From the human T2T-CHM13v2.0 reference genome, Homo sapiens, in assembly GCF_009914755.1 (NCBI RefSeq), contig NC_060937.1: 64,000 nt of DNA, one strand, 5' to 3'. Under the pieces are notes generated by a model. It was not told where the DNA came from. It ran no database searches and saw only the letters and a list, made by a program, of their open reading frames with translations. Both the position numbers and the translations under genes were made by a program. Positions 61,370 to 64,000 of this stretch are shown here, piece by piece (the stretch's first letter is position 1; each line of letters opens with the position of its first letter).

Positions 61370-61620
61370 CAATAGCTAATATTTATTATGAAGTACTTAT
61401 TGTGTGTCATGCAGCCTATTTAGTGATTTACAAATAGTAACCCCTTTTATCCTCACAACACTCCTATGAGGTAGGTAATATTATTATCCGCACTTTATAG
61501 ATGACGAAACCAAGACCCAGAGAGGTCACATAACTTGCCCAAGATCAGCTAGCAAGTGGCAGAGGAAGGATTTGAACCTGGCTAGTCAGACTACAAAGCC
61601 CCTGTAACCTAATGACTACT
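61370..61620 (-). mobile_element. MIR SINE
   Basis: atcctcacaacactcctatgaggtagg...taacttgcccaagatca. Confidence 0.85.
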
Positions 61621-61849
61621 ATTCATTCCAATTCAACAGACCTTCCACTGTGGCCATAAACATTTCTAAGATATGACTATTTTTAATCTACAAAATGGCA
61701 ATTTCTTATAGTTCAAACCAACACATACCAAGCATCCTGAGCTAAATTCTGTACGTAACAAGCACAAGATGCCTGGGATCATGTAATTCATTTTCTTCTT
61801 TTTCTTAGCATAGCACCTTCAAACATTAGGTCTCATACAATGAGAATTG

Positions 61850-62070
61850 ATTGTGGAGTAAGACAAACTTTGATTCAGATCTGGGCTCTGTTACTTACTG
61901 ACCATGTGCTTTTATGTACAAGCTATTTCTCTTCTTTGAACTTCAGTTGAACTTCCTCTCCCTTATCTATAAAATGTGGGATATTAGTTCTTATATCCCA
62001 AGGTGGCTGTAAGGATAAAATGAAATAATGTATTCAAAAGTATCTAGAGCACGATAAATATTATTGATAG
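61850..62070 (+). mobile_element. MIR SINE
   Basis: ctctgttacttact...cttatctataaaatg. Confidence 0.65.
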
Positions 62071-62910
62071 GAAAGGGAGACACACTGCACCCAACATCCA
62101 GTAACTTACAGTCAAGAGGAGGGAACAAAGTTATTTGTAAATAATTCTTACACGATGAACAGCTGGCCAACCAGAAGATGGCCCACCAGAAATTAAATTT
62201 GGGTTCTTCTCTCACTTGAGAGAAGTTGCCAGCTTCTTCTGTTGTGTGCATCAGTGGACAAATGCACAGAAACAGACCTCCCGGGAAGAAATGATGGAGA
62301 TGCTACTGGAGGGTGAGCGGTCCCTTTATCCCAGAAGAAGTGTGTAAAATAAGACTTAGTTTCCTGAGTGGCTGAGGCAAAGCCACCTCAGCTCTAGGTA
62401 TAACCTGTAGCCTAAGGAGTCCAGGGTTTCCTGGGAGGCAAAACAGTGATACTCCAATAAGAGACATTGGTAAACCGAGGGTAGCACTGCAATTCAATTG
62501 ACATATATATCAAGAAAGGCAGGGTCAGCAGGCTAGAGAGGAACCAGGATGGCAGTCTGGTGGGCCCAAAACATTTCTATTTAAATTATGCTATAATACT
62601 ATATAAACAAAAATTGCTACAAGTAAGATTTGCCCTCACAATTATTCTCAGAAAAGAGTCACTTATAAGAAAAGTTTCTTATATTTCAGGGCATATACTC
62701 AATTATATAATTGTGAACAACAACCTTTTCTCCTCTTTGTTGAAAAGAGCATTAGCCCGAAATAACCTCCTTTAATTCTAGTTTTAGGCACATATGAGTC
62801 ATCTGATAGAATGAGAGCTGGAGAGAGATTAAATAAATTTTACCAATTGATCCTAGGAGGAATGGCTTCATAATAGCATGGCTTCAATATTGTTTCAAGT
62901 AAGCCCTTTA

Positions 62911-63295
<385 letters not shown>

Positions 63296-63314
63296 CTATT
63301 ATCAAGATTATGCA

Positions 63315-63793
63315 TTGCGTTACTCTATTTTCATGGTTGCTGTAACAAATTACTTCAAACGCAATGGTTTAAACAACTCCGACTTATTAGTCCCCCAGTT
63401 CTGGAGCTTAGAAGTCCAAAAAGCATCTCACTGGACTAAAATCAAGGTGTCCAGAGGGCTGAGTTCCCTCTGGGGTTTCTATGGAAGAATCCCTTTTCTT
63501 GCCTTTTCCAGCTCCTAGAGGCTGTACGCTTGGCTCACGGCTGTCTCTTCCATCTTCAGAGTAGGTTGGGTCATTCTCGTATCACATTACTGTGACCTAC
63601 CCTTCGGCAGTCTCTTCCACATTTAAGAACCCCTGTGATTACATTAGATGTACCTGGATGATCCAGGATAATCTCCATATTTTAGGGTCAGCTGATTAGC
63701 AACCTTATTCCATCTGCTACCTTAATTCCCCTATGCTGTGTAACCTAACATATTCACAGGTTCTGGGGATTAGCACGTAGACATCTTTGGAGG
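63315..63793 (-). mobile_element. MaLR LTR (MLT1C-like)
   Basis: gctgtaacaaattac...aatccaggataatctcc...attcacaggttctggggattag. Confidence 0.85.
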
Positions 63794-64000
63794 GCCATTA
63801 TTTTTCCTACCGCGTGCACCTATAAGATTAAAAAAACAAAAATGAAAGGCTCTCTCCTAACATAATGTGAATGGCTACTTGAGGCCTGGGATAAATCCCC
63901 TCTGACAGTGCCATGTGTCAAGCAACACATATTACCAGGAAGTTAATCTACTCAGAAAATTCTTAGATGACTCAAAAGTCATTTGTTAGAAATTGACCCT

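Overview
Repeat-dense primate genomic DNA, almost certainly human: it contains an L1HS Ta-1 insertion. The window looks intergenic or intronic, with no recognisable host protein-coding exon, RNA gene or CpG island. It holds about 20 Alu/FLAM copies, MIR and L2 relics, many MaLR/ERVL/ERV1 LTRs, three decayed ERVL-type internal regions, old L1M pieces and DNA transposon relics (MER5, Tigger4, BLACKJACK-like). The only long real ORF is the ORF2 C-terminus of a 5'-truncated L1HS Ta-1 (30987-32514, minus). Highlights are: this probably polymorphic L1; a divergent THE1D/MLT2A1 LTR pair with intact DUX4 motifs and a splice donor; two polyadenylated transcript fragments retro-inserted inside older repeats; an 84-bp near-palindrome; and two ~100-bp copies of sequence lying ~1 kb downstream. 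I found no convincing new multi-gene system. Repeat subfamily names come from recalled consensus sequences and need Dfam/RepeatMasker confirmation; boundaries of old elements are approximate.
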